64,000 nucleotides of DNA from an uncultured Chitinophagales bacterium (GTDB lineage Bacteria; Bacteroidota; Bacteroidia; Chitinophagales; JADIYW01): NCBI GenBank assembly GCA_964490845.1, contig CAZBED010000002.1, positions 214,827 through 278,826 of the forward strand. The letters run 5' to 3'. The notes beneath the pieces are model-generated. The model had not been told where the DNA came from, ran no database searches, and worked only from the letters and a program-made list of their open reading frames with translations. The number at the start of each line of letters is the position of its first letter. The stretch's first letter is position 1. Position numbers and translations under genes: made by a program. Positions 25,648 to 34,861 of the stretch are shown here, one piece after another.

Positions 25648-26578
25648 CCTTATCACTGACGTGATAATGATTCCGGTCGGCACCATTGCGCGCCACCAGC
25701 TCCCCCAGAAACCCGGCAACAAATAATTGCGTACCGACAATGATAGTCAGTATACCCAAATAAAAGATGGGTCTGTTTGTCATACCGACAATCCCAAAAA
25801 TGGTTTTTGTAATGGTAAGATATATCAGAATCAATATACCGAAGAAAAATGATAACACTCCAAGTGTACCAAATATATGCATAGGGCGCTTGCCATATCT
25901 TCCGACAAACGTGATACTCATTAAATCCAGAAAGCCGTTCACAAAACGTTCAATGCCAAACTTGGTAGTTCCGTATTTGCGTTCCCGGTGTTGCACCGGT
26001 TTTTCTGTTATCTTATCGAAGCCCGCCCACTTTGCGATTACCGGAATATAGCGGTGCATCTCGCCATACACTTCAATGCTTTTGACCACCCGTTTTTGAT
26101 AAGCCTTTAGTCCGCAGTTAAAATCATGCAGATTATGAATACCCGACACCGAACGTGTGGCTGCATTGAATAATTTAGTAGGTATCGTTTTGGAGACGGG
26201 ATCGTACCGTTTTTTCTTCCATCCCGAAACAAGGTGATAACCATCCACCGTTATCATCTTATACAGTTCCGGTATCTCATCGGGCGAATCCTGCAGATCT
26301 GCATCCATCGTAATGACGACATCGCCCTGTGCGGCTTCAAAGCCTACCTGCAAGGCAGCCGACTTCCCGTAATTGCGCTGGAACTGAATCCCCCGGATAT
26401 TCGGATTTTTTTCAGAAGCGGCCTTAATCGCCTGCCATGAATTATCTTTGCTTCCATCGTCAACGGCAATAACCTCATAGGTGAAATTATGCTCCGCCAT
26501 TACCTTCTCAATCCAGGCAAATAATTCCGGCAATGATTCCTCTTCATTCAACAACGGTATGACAATACTGATATTCAA
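25637..26578 (-). CDS. Glycosyltransferase family 2, polyprenol-phosphate glycosyltransferase-like (DPM1/ArnC-like) with C-terminal TM helices
   Basis: Motifs ISIVIPLLNEEESL, VIAVDDGSKD and ITMDADLQDSPDE are present, with two C-terminal hydrophobic helices. 313 aa. Confidence 0.8.
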   Translation of the reverse strand: MNISIVIPLLNEEESLPELFAWIEKVMAEHNFTYEVIAVDDGSKDNSWQAIKAASEKNPNIRGIQFQRNYGKSAALQVGFEAAQGDVVITMDADLQDSPDEIPELYKMITVDGYHLVSGWKKKRYDPVSKTIPTKLFNAATRSVSGIHNLHDFNCGLKAYQKRVVKSIEVYGEMHRYIPVIAKWAGFDKITEKPVQHRERKYGTTKFGIERFVNGFLDLMSITFVGRYGKRPMHIFGTLGVLSFFFGILILIYLTITKTIFGIVGMTNRPIFYLGILTIIVGTQLFVAGFLGELVARNGADRNHYHVSDKVNL

Positions 26579-26580
26579 GC

Positions 26581-27009
26581 TTATTCTTTCTTTAAAACAA
26601 TGGCTAAAAGTAATGAAAATATTATTCCTATCCCGCTGTATAACATCAACACAATGGCAAAAGCTCCTTTAGGCATCAGTTGGGTTCCTGTCGCCTTAGA
26701 AAATAACGTGTAAAACGTACTGATAAAAATGGCCAATACTAAACTGGCCATCCAGCCGCCTAGAAATCCCTGCATCAGGGAAAGTTTATTGCCTTGGATT
26801 TTTCTGGAAAGAAATTGTGTCATACCCACCACCACCACTATGGAAGTCATTTGAAGAATCATTGCCTGCGGACGCCCGTAGGGCAATTTTTTCACATAGG
26901 CCAAGGTAAAGAATGCGGCGAAAAACAGAGCGGACACCAATGCCGAAAACAGCGTGATGGTGATGCCGCTCAGTACACCTCTTGTATTATTTGGGGGTAA
27001 TTCGTTCAT
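26581..27009 (-). CDS. Small multi-TM membrane protein (possibly DUF4199-like)
   Basis: 142 aa with about four hydrophobic helices. It lies 2 nt upstream of the GT2 start, in the same operon. The family assignment is a guess. Confidence 0.5.
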   Translation of the reverse strand: MNELPPNNTRGVLSGITITLFSALVSALFFAAFFTLAYVKKLPYGRPQAMILQMTSIVVVVGMTQFLSRKIQGNKLSLMQGFLGGWMASLVLAIFISTFYTLFSKATGTQLMPKGAFAIVLMLYSGIGIIFSLLLAIVLKKE

Positions 27010-27025
27010 ACTATTTTATCCGTTA

Positions 27026-28270
27026 TCAGGAAAGGAGCGTGAATTTCCCCCTGGCATAAACGGCTTTTACTTTTCCTTTCAGCGATTGATTTATATACGG
27101 TGTATTCTTTGATTTGGAATGTATATCTTTCTCTGTAAATGTCCATTCCGCATTAAAATCCAACACCACAAAGTCCTCATTCTTGTAATCCGGCTGAATA
27201 ATTTTTTTTGGTTGAATAGCTAATAAGTCAATGAGCCTTTCTTTAGAGATAATTCCTTCCAGTTTTTTATTCAGCAACCCGAAGGCGGTTTCCAGTCCTG
27301 TCATACCAAAACCGGCGACTTCAAACTCTACATTTTTCTCATCTATATTGAGTGGGGTATGTTGTGATGAAATACAATCTATAGTTCCGTCTTTCAGTCC
27401 CTCTATTAATGCCGCCTGATCATCCTGTGTTCGCAACGGGGGAAATACCTTATAGTTCGAATCAAAATTTTTAACCGCGCTTTCATCACTTATCAGATGA
27501 TGTACAAACACGGAGCAGGTCACTTTCAGTCCCTCTTTTTTCGCCCGGCGAATAATGTCCACACTCTCTTTCGCGGATATGCCCGTAAAATGCAGTTTCC
27601 CTCCGGTATATTTCAACAACTCCACATCGCGCTGAACAGCGGCATACTCAGAAAGATTGGTAATGCCTTTCATGCCCATGCGAACAGAGATTTCACTTTC
27701 GTTCACCTGCCCATCGCCCACCAGTGTTTTATCAAAAGGCAAGGTCATCACCAGCCCATCAAACGGTTGTACATATTGCAACGCACGCAGCATCACACCG
27801 CTGTCTTTGATACTGTGCGGAATATCCGAAAACGCTACCGCGCCGGCATGATGCATGTCGAGCATTTCCGTTGGTGTCTTACCATCGAAATTTTCGGTTA
27901 CGGCACCCACCGGCAGTATCCTGACGGGAGTATTCTTCGCTTTATTCAGAATATATTCCACCTGTGCTTTGGTCTGGGTAATCGGATGGTTATCCGATGT
28001 AGCGCAGAGGGTGGTAAACCCGCCCGATAGCGCCGCATTTGCCACCGATTCGATATCTTCACGGTATTCAAAGCCGGGGTCGCCAATGTGAACATACAAA
28101 TCACAAAATCCGGGAGCCAGATAGCATCCCGAAAAATCAATGGCTTCCGCATCTGTGGCGTCAGAACTAAAGTTGATTTTACCTTGCTCTATCAGGACAT
28201 CTGTCTTTGTTCCATTTTGTGGGGAGGAAGGGTCCAGGATAGTGATATTTTTGAGCAGGTGTCGGTTCAT
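27026..28270 (-). CDS. Dihydroorotase-like amidohydrolase-fold protein with degenerate metal-binding residues (probable pseudoenzyme)
   Basis: 414 aa that aligns by eye with type-I DHOases (GGFTT, AFSD, PPLR, GLET blocks). It reads DLYVH at residues 57-61 instead of D-x-H-x-H, MTLPFDK where H-x-E-D is expected, HFTGIS instead of H-x-x-H-x-S, and ISSQHTP instead of A-T-D-H-A-P. Confidence 0.7.
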   Translation of the reverse strand: MNRHLLKNITILDPSSPQNGTKTDVLIEQGKINFSSDATDAEAIDFSGCYLAPGFCDLYVHIGDPGFEYREDIESVANAALSGGFTTLCATSDNHPITQTKAQVEYILNKAKNTPVRILPVGAVTENFDGKTPTEMLDMHHAGAVAFSDIPHSIKDSGVMLRALQYVQPFDGLVMTLPFDKTLVGDGQVNESEISVRMGMKGITNLSEYAAVQRDVELLKYTGGKLHFTGISAKESVDIIRRAKKEGLKVTCSVFVHHLISDESAVKNFDSNYKVFPPLRTQDDQAALIEGLKDGTIDCISSQHTPLNIDEKNVEFEVAGFGMTGLETAFGLLNKKLEGIISKERLIDLLAIQPKKIIQPDYKNEDFVVLDFNAEWTFTEKDIHSKSKNTPYINQSLKGKVKAVYARGKFTLLS

Positions 28271-30285
28271 TTCCAGAATCTAATCAGTAAAATTTCTACA
28301 AGCAGGAATACTAAGGACAAAATTACGCAAAGTTTCCATAATAAAATGCCGTCTTTTATTTGTTTTACGGAAGCCGACAGATTCGCCCGTGTATTGTCCA
28401 GCACCAGTTGATTTTTCCGGTTGAAAATAGATTTTAAATCCGATACCGACGCGAATAACAGATTGGATTCCGTACGGTCGAAATTGAAGGCAGCGATACC
28501 GAGATTCTTATTATCGGCAGATATGGCATAGTGTCCGTCGGAAGCCAGTGTTGTATTGACCCTCAACAATACGGTGTTTCCCACCGAACGGTTTTCCGGA
28601 ATAAATTCATTTTTCCCGTTAGACAGCTTATAGACGCTTTCACCATTAGCATACTCATTCTTCAGCTCCAGTAAATTATCCCTGCCGATAATATAGTAAA
28701 CCGGCTGATTGTTTTTTTTGTACACAGCGCAATTATAGACCATCGGCGCAAAAATTGCCTTGGCCTGCAAGTCCGAAAAATCTGGATGCAGCGGTACGGC
28801 CTGCAAGTATATGAAGCCCTTTCCCGCATCGAACTTTGCCACCAGCGGGGTATTCAGGTTGGTCGCGAGAATTTCCCGCTCCATTGCAGCTGATGCAGCC
28901 AATACCGGATAGTATTTCTTAATCTTAGGTGTTTCGACATTTTTCGGCAATTGGTTGAACACTCCTTTAAACACTTCTTCGTTCATGTTTATTTTGGTGA
29001 CTTCCCCCTGTTTGGATTGCACCTCGCCATAAGTACCGGCATTGCTGCCGGATAAAAACGCATTGTATGAACTGATGTCTGCATTCGCCGCAGGAATGAT
29101 ATAAATATTTCCGCCATTACCGGAGTACTCTTTCAGGGAAGCCGATAACCCTGAACTGATGTCACTGAGCTGATTCAGTATAATCAGGGAGTAATGTTTA
29201 AAAGCGGAATAATCAATCTGTCCTTTGCCGGTCTTGTCAAAAGCGAAATGCGCGTCATTGGCGAAAACAGCTGCGATATTATTGGGTGTTTCCACATCCT
29301 CTATGGATAATACCTTTTCACTGACATCCACATTAAAGGCAAAATAGAATTTATCGTCAAATGTAATCGGATAATCGTTGAAGGAGATTTCCCCGCGCTG
29401 CCAGCCGGGCTGCGTTACGGCAATATTGAATGAGTCCACCACTGTACCGCCAGCGGGAATAGTCACATCATCGATAGCCTTAACGGCACCATTGATTTTG
29501 ACGGACACCCTCATCTTATCAGCCTGTGTATTGCCGGCATTTTTAAAACGTGCTATCAGTTTATTGTTGGTATTTATCGTGAATACAGGCTGCTCAAACC
29601 AGCAGGAATCGACATAAATATTCTTTTCCGGGTTGCCCTGTATATCGAGGAAGTGAGCAATATAAGTCGTATCCTCTGCTCTGGTCAGCATGTTTTTCTG
29701 AAAATCAGAAATGAAGAAACCCAGTTTATTTTTAGCACCCAGCGACTGAAATAAGGCCGCCTGTTTTTTAGAGATTTCATCTATGGTTTTCGTATTCGGG
29801 CTTAATTCAACCTTTTCAACCGCATCGAGAAAATCCTGTTTTTGCATCCAGCGTTGGTGAGCCCCTTCAAGGTCGTTGGTGAGCAAAGCAAACTTATCAC
29901 CTGTGTCGAATGCATTCACAATTTCTCTGGCTTTCGTCTTCGCTACGCTCAGGGCCGCTTCTCCATCCGTTTTCAGCCCCATGGAATAAGAATTATCAAT
30001 GTAGAGACAGATAGCTGAATCGCCCTGATTGAGTTTATTCTTATTATTGCTGATAAACGGCTGTGCAAATGCCAGGATTAAGAACAACAAAGCCAACAAG
30101 CGGGAAGCGAGTATCAGCCGCTTTTTGAGTTTTTCAATCGTCGATTTTTCTTCCTGCACCTGTTTAAGAAAGCGGATATCGGAGAAATAAACTATCTTGA
30201 ACCTTCTGAAATAGAAAAGATGGATTATAATCGGAATTGCAAGAGCTAACAGTGCGACAAGAAACCAGGGAAAAACGAAATTCAT
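28267..30285 (-). CDS. BatA_N (N-terminal double-TM) / vWA-like membrane protein
   Basis: MNFVFPWFLVALLALAIPIIIHLFYFRRFKIVYFSDIRFLKQ matches the aerotolerance-regulator N-terminal domain. A MIDAS-like D-x-S-x-S is present (YIDNSYSM), and there is a C-terminal TM (ILLWKLCVILSLVFLLVEILLI). Its stop overlaps the next start by 4 nt. Confidence 0.7.
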   Translation of the reverse strand: MNFVFPWFLVALLALAIPIIIHLFYFRRFKIVYFSDIRFLKQVQEEKSTIEKLKKRLILASRLLALLFLILAFAQPFISNNKNKLNQGDSAICLYIDNSYSMGLKTDGEAALSVAKTKAREIVNAFDTGDKFALLTNDLEGAHQRWMQKQDFLDAVEKVELSPNTKTIDEISKKQAALFQSLGAKNKLGFFISDFQKNMLTRAEDTTYIAHFLDIQGNPEKNIYVDSCWFEQPVFTINTNNKLIARFKNAGNTQADKMRVSVKINGAVKAIDDVTIPAGGTVVDSFNIAVTQPGWQRGEISFNDYPITFDDKFYFAFNVDVSEKVLSIEDVETPNNIAAVFANDAHFAFDKTGKGQIDYSAFKHYSLIILNQLSDISSGLSASLKEYSGNGGNIYIIPAANADISSYNAFLSGSNAGTYGEVQSKQGEVTKINMNEEVFKGVFNQLPKNVETPKIKKYYPVLAASAAMEREILATNLNTPLVAKFDAGKGFIYLQAVPLHPDFSDLQAKAIFAPMVYNCAVYKKNNQPVYYIIGRDNLLELKNEYANGESVYKLSNGKNEFIPENRSVGNTVLLRVNTTLASDGHYAISADNKNLGIAAFNFDRTESNLLFASVSDLKSIFNRKNQLVLDNTRANLSASVKQIKDGILLWKLCVILSLVFLLVEILLIRFWK

Positions 30286-30456
30286 CTTATGGGTAAAGAT
30301 AGAGAATTGTTATAAGTTATTGGGTATTGGTTAACAGTTTTTAGGAGTTTTGCATCTACCCCATCATGGGTCAGGCAACCAGCGGCGGCCTTTGGAAAAG
30401 GAAGTTCCTGTTTAATCCTGACCTTTGGATCTTATTTAAAAAAAGCTGTTGAGAAA

Positions 30457-31953
30457 TTATTTCTCCGGTCGCATTTGCGGAAAGAATAAAACCTCCTGAA
30501 TAGATGCCTGATTTGTTAAAAGCATAGCCAGACGGTCGATGCCGAATCCGATACCGGATGTAGGCGGCATACCATATTCCAGTGCTCGCAGGAAATCGTG
30601 GTCGATGAACATCGCTTCATTATCGCCGCGTTCCATCAGTTTCAGCTGCTCCTCAAAGCGTTCGCGCTGGTCAATCGGATCGTTCAGCTCTGAATAGGCA
30701 TTCGCGATTTCCTTGCCGTTTATCATCAGCTCAAAACGCTCCACCAGTCCCTCTTTGCTTCGGTGTTTTTTGGTCAGTGGCGACATCTCCACCGGGTAAT
30801 CAATGATAAATGTAGGCTGGATATAATTATGCTCACAACGGTTTCCGAAAATCTCGTCAATCAGTTTGCCTTTACCCATCGTGTTGTCCACTTCGATATG
30901 CAATTGTTTGCACACATCGCGCAAGCCGGCTTCATCCATACCCGACACGTCAAACCCTGTATAGGTTTTGATGGCATCGTAAATGGAGATGCGTTTGTAT
31001 GGCGCCTTAAAGTTAATCATATTGTCGCCGACCTGCACAAAGGTATCACCATTGGTATCGACACAGGCTTTTTCCAGCAACTGTTCCGTGGTTTCCATCA
31101 TCCAGAAATAATCTTTGTACGCCACATAAAATTCAAGTACCGTAAACTCCGGGTTGTGCGTTCTGTCCATGCCCTCGTTTCTGAAGTTGCGGCTGAATTC
31201 ATACACCCAGTCGAACCCTCCCACTATCAGTCTCTTCAAATACAGCTCATTTGCGATACGCAGGTAGAAAGGCACATCCAGCGCATTGTGGTGAGTGATG
31301 AAGGGTTTGGCCGCCGCACCACCGGGTATATTCTGCAATACCGGGGTGTCCACTTCCAGCGCGCCTTTGGCGTTCAGGAATTCACGGATGGAGTTCATCA
31401 ACCGGGTTCGTTTGATAAAGATTTCACGGACATCGGAATTCACAACTAAATCCACATAGCGCTGACGATACCGTAACTCAGGATCGGTAAAGGCATCAAA
31501 TACATTACCCTCCGCATCAGTTTTCACTACCGGCAGCGGGCGCAGTGATTTGGCCAACAGGGTAAACTCATTCGCATGCACTGAGATCTCACCAGTTTGT
31601 GTCTTAAACTGATATCCTTTGATACCAATAAAATCTCCTATATCCAGCAATTTCTTGAAAACTTCGTTATACATCGTTTTGTCTTCGCCCGGACAAATTT
31701 CATCTCTGGAAATATACAGCTGAATCCTATCGGTGGAATCCTGCAAAACGGCAAAAGAAGCTTTTCCCATCACGCGGAAACCCATCAGGCGGCCGGCTAT
31801 ACATACCGGCTTTTGGTCTTCAAAATGTTGTTTTATTTCTTTGGCAGTACTATCTATCGGATACAACGATGCCGGATACGGCTCTATGCCTAACGCCTTT
31901 ATTTTATCTAATTTTTCTCTTCTGACCTGTTCTTGTTCGCTCAAATGCTGCAT
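30457..31953 (-). CDS. lysS: Lysine--tRNA ligase (class II)
   Basis: 498 aa. [27 protein letters not shown]..., the OB-fold region, and the class-II motifs ([26 protein letters not shown]) are present. Confidence 0.95.
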   Translation of the reverse strand: MQHLSEQEQVRREKLDKIKALGIEPYPASLYPIDSTAKEIKQHFEDQKPVCIAGRLMGFRVMGKASFAVLQDSTDRIQLYISRDEICPGEDKTMYNEVFKKLLDIGDFIGIKGYQFKTQTGEISVHANEFTLLAKSLRPLPVVKTDAEGNVFDAFTDPELRYRQRYVDLVVNSDVREIFIKRTRLMNSIREFLNAKGALEVDTPVLQNIPGGAAAKPFITHHNALDVPFYLRIANELYLKRLIVGGFDWVYEFSRNFRNEGMDRTHNPEFTVLEFYVAYKDYFWMMETTEQLLEKACVDTNGDTFVQVGDNMINFKAPYKRISIYDAIKTYTGFDVSGMDEAGLRDVCKQLHIEVDNTMGKGKLIDEIFGNRCEHNYIQPTFIIDYPVEMSPLTKKHRSKEGLVERFELMINGKEIANAYSELNDPIDQRERFEEQLKLMERGDNEAMFIDHDFLRALEYGMPPTSGIGFGIDRLAMLLTNQASIQEVLFFPQMRPEK

Positions 31954-32031
31954 AAATTCATGAATTGAAGTGCAAAAATAGGATTTTTAGTCGATAGTCC
32001 ACAGTCGACTGTCCATTGATTTCACAGGCTC

Positions 32032-32652
32032 CTAAAAAAATTGACCCGCTATCAGTTCGGAGATATCCCTGTCGACTAAAATCGTGCGGATACCCAATTT
32101 CCCGGGTTCGGTCAGGTTTTCCTGCTTGTCATCGAGGAAAACACAGCGTTCTGCGGGCAGCTGTTGCTCCTGCATGACAAATTCATAAATCTCCCTGCCG
32201 GGTTTGCGCAGCCCGATTTGCTGGGAATAGTAGCAGGTATGGAAGGAAGATTCGAGGACATCCTCGCCGAATGCCGACTGCATATAGCGGCGGATGGCAT
32301 CCATATGGATGGCGTTGGTATTGCTCAGTAAAATCAGGCGGTGCCTATCCTTCAGCCGACGGAGTAAATCAATGCGGTGAGCAGGTATCTCTTTCAGGAT
32401 GCCGTTCCAGTGCCGGATGATTGTTTCATCGGAAACGTTTTCTTCCAGAGCGATGGATTTCAGCTGCCGGATAAAATCTGCGGGCGTTATTTTTCCCGTT
32501 TCAAATTCGTGGAAGAAATGCTGCCTTTGCAGCAGCTGTAATGATTCGGGATTGAAATTCGGCAGCAGGTCCTGTTCCAGCCAATCCTGCTCGGATTTCA
32601 GGTTGATGATGACACCGCCGAGGTCGAAGATGAGGGTAGAAATGGAATGCAT
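32032..32652 (-). CDS. HAD-superfamily hydrolase (subfamily IA-like phosphatase)
   Basis: Motif I is LIFDLGGVII, motif II LLSNTN, and motif IV VFLDDKQEN. 206 aa. Confidence 0.75.
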   Translation of the reverse strand: MHSISTLIFDLGGVIINLKSEQDWLEQDLLPNFNPESLQLLQRQHFFHEFETGKITPADFIRQLKSIALEENVSDETIIRHWNGILKEIPAHRIDLLRRLKDRHRLILLSNTNAIHMDAIRRYMQSAFGEDVLESSFHTCYYSQQIGLRKPGREIYEFVMQEQQLPAERCVFLDDKQENLTEPGKLGIRTILVDRDISELIAGQFF

Positions 32653-32829
32653 GGCGCGAAAATAAGAAAAGCTGCGTTGCGGAGGAAATCCGGAAGCTTG
32701 ATTCCTCTACTATTTGCACACAGCCGTCGTTGCGGGGTACGAAGCCTTTCTGCCGACAAATCAGAACAGCTTGCTATAATTTAGCAGTATGAAAAATCTC
32801 ACAAAGTATAATGAGTCAATGTGTCTGAA

Positions 32830-33080
32830 TTTATATCCTGTGTACTCACGGATTCCTGCAAACAACAGCATATCAATATCTACGGGAAACCCGATTCAGA
32901 ATGCATACATTGAACGACTTAACAGATGTTGCAGAGAGGATATCCCGGATTGTTTATTTGTTTGATAACATCACCAAACGTAGAGAACTATCCATGAATT
33001 GGATGGAGTATTACAATCTCCTTCATCCACCAAGTAATCTGAGCCTTATGAAATATTTAGAATTAAATCACTGTATTTAA
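32830..33080 (+). pseudogene. Remnant of an IS3-family transposase (C-terminal end of the integrase-core OrfB), frameshifted and 5'-truncated
   Basis: Own translation gives ...ISISTGNPIQNAYIERLNRCCREDIPD in one frame (stop at 32963-32965). It continues as VYLFDNITKRRELSMNWMEYYNLLHPPSNLSLMKYLELNHCI* in the +1 frame (32952-33080). This matches the conserved IS3/IS2-IS407-type C-terminus PG.P.QNAYIERFN...REE.LD.YLF......E....W...YN..RPH..L. Only about 80 of the ~280 OrfB residues are present. Confidence 0.7.
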
Positions 33081-33242
33081 TCCAATTTATATCCAGTCCG
33101 AATATTGATGTACTTACAAGTTGTAAGATATCTTGCCAAACAAAGTAACTGTTCTAATAATAAATACACTATTTCCCGCTCGTACTTACTCGTTCTGACG
33201 GAATGCTGAAACAAGCCGTATGCCTTTTATGGTATCAGATAC

Positions 33243-34727
33243 CTACACCAGTCTTTTCAGTGTTTCGAACACCTCATACAGCACAAACGTATCGGTGCGG
33301 CAGTAGGTTTTCAGTTGCTCCAGTTTCGCGGGAATGGCAGCCGTGTCATCGGTGTAAAACAATTCATTGTACACTGCCATCGCTTCTTCGCCGTCTTTCA
33401 CCCGGCTGGCGGCGAATTCGTCTTTCCCCAGTAACGCATTGCCGATGGCTTTCAGTGAAAAGCTGCCTTGCTGCACGGGGTGGTAGTAATACAATTCCTT
33501 AAACGGTATTTCCACGTCGATGATGCGGAGGATGCGATCCAGCAGCGCTTTCTTGTAGTCGGGAAAATCGGCGGAAAGCCTGAATAGTATACTCTTTTCC
33601 ATCAGCGTATTGAACACCAGGATGTTTCCTGCTCGTTCGGTGTCTTTTAGAAATTGTTCGATAAAAGGGATTCTGTCGTCATCGCCGACAGGCGAGATAT
33701 AACTGAAATGCTGCAAAGGTGCATTTTCACTTTCTTTATAATGTAAAGAATATAAAAACGGGATACGTTCGTACGGTTTGGAGCCTTTAAACAAAGGAAC
33801 AGCCGGCTGGAAGGCTTCCACATCAAAATAATAGAGCGGATAATGAATTGGTTCAATGAATTGCTGCAGCAATTCATTCCGTATATGAGGTTGCTGTTGC
33901 TGAAACGATTTAATAATCACTTTCTGACGGGCATTCAGCTCTTCCGTATTGTCTATCTGGTGGATGGTGGTGATACCCCTTTCAACAAACAAACTTTTTT
34001 CCTGCATGGATACGCCGGGCAGGTACCAGATGGAATCTTTTTCCAGATTCTTCCAGCAGTAACCCTGAAAATCGCAGGGGTAGGGTTTGGTGCAGTGGGC
34101 GCCAATGGAAATATCCGGAACCGAAGGGCTGTCTAAAGTGGCAATGGCTTCTTCTATGGTTCTTTCTACAAAGGGAATACGTTCCAGGATATCACTCAAA
34201 ACAGATGTTTTTTTGAAAAAATGCTGAACATCCAGTTCGTCTCCCAATTCATAGTCATTGTTTATGGTAACCAGAGAAAAATCTTCGAGCTTCACACCAC
34301 TCCTGGTGATGATATAGTACTGTATAGTGGCATCGAGCAGGTAGGTATTGGAAATCCGGAACGAGCTTTTCACTTCATAGGCAAACCATTTGCCTTCCCT
34401 GTATTCGAGTATATCCAGGGCTGCCATGATGCCGTTGTATTTAAATGCCGCTTCATACAGTACCGGGAAATGTTGTTGTATCAATAATCTGGTGGCGGCA
34501 ATAGATGCGTCATAGCTGAACGGGTTGGGCGGAGAACAATCTTTGCCTCCCGGAAACAGCTGATGTGCCAGAAGTCCAACCCGGTGTCCGCGGTCGAATT
34601 TCTGTTGTTGTGTGATATCCGCTTTGTCGCGCAGGTTGTAATGATTCTTATATAGATACAGCGATTTGGAACATTGTATGCTTCGGATTAAGGTGGACTT
34701 ACTGAGGCTGCTTTTTTTAGAACTCAT
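33243..34727 (-). CDS. DUF2779-type protein: PD-(D/E)XK nuclease-like N-terminal half with Cys cluster plus C-terminal D-x-E domain
   Basis: 494 aa. The N-terminal LSKSTLIRSIQCSKSLYL matches my memory of the DUF2779 start. A D...E-x-K element (AALDILEY...FAYEVKSS) is present. The cysteines are C(19) plus CTKPYPCDFQGYC (C-x5-C-x5-C). The second half starts YYFDVEAFQPAVP. Confidence 0.6.
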   Translation of the reverse strand: MSSKKSSLSKSTLIRSIQCSKSLYLYKNHYNLRDKADITQQQKFDRGHRVGLLAHQLFPGGKDCSPPNPFSYDASIAATRLLIQQHFPVLYEAAFKYNGIMAALDILEYREGKWFAYEVKSSFRISNTYLLDATIQYYIITRSGVKLEDFSLVTINNDYELGDELDVQHFFKKTSVLSDILERIPFVERTIEEAIATLDSPSVPDISIGAHCTKPYPCDFQGYCWKNLEKDSIWYLPGVSMQEKSLFVERGITTIHQIDNTEELNARQKVIIKSFQQQQPHIRNELLQQFIEPIHYPLYYFDVEAFQPAVPLFKGSKPYERIPFLYSLHYKESENAPLQHFSYISPVGDDDRIPFIEQFLKDTERAGNILVFNTLMEKSILFRLSADFPDYKKALLDRILRIIDVEIPFKELYYYHPVQQGSFSLKAIGNALLGKDEFAASRVKDGEEAMAVYNELFYTDDTAAIPAKLEQLKTYCRTDTFVLYEVFETLKRLV

Positions 34728-34861
34728 TCAAATGTTAGGATACTATTCGTACAATTATTATATTTGAGAAAGTATGCAAGAAAAAATTTATCGTGATATG
34801 CCGGCTGGGTATTGTCTTGTATAATTTCTTTTCTGCTCTAAAGTATAAAAAATATTTACAA

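Noticed and set aside
27497-28030. 177-aa plus-strand ORF inside the DHOase-like gene
   Set aside because: It is an antisense shadow ORF. Its composition is Arg/His-rich, as is typical for reverse frames.
30763-31449. 228-aa plus-strand ORF antisense to lysS
   Set aside because: lysS is unambiguous. Long antisense ORFs are common opposite highly expressed genes with biased codon usage, and this one has no independent start signals or motifs.
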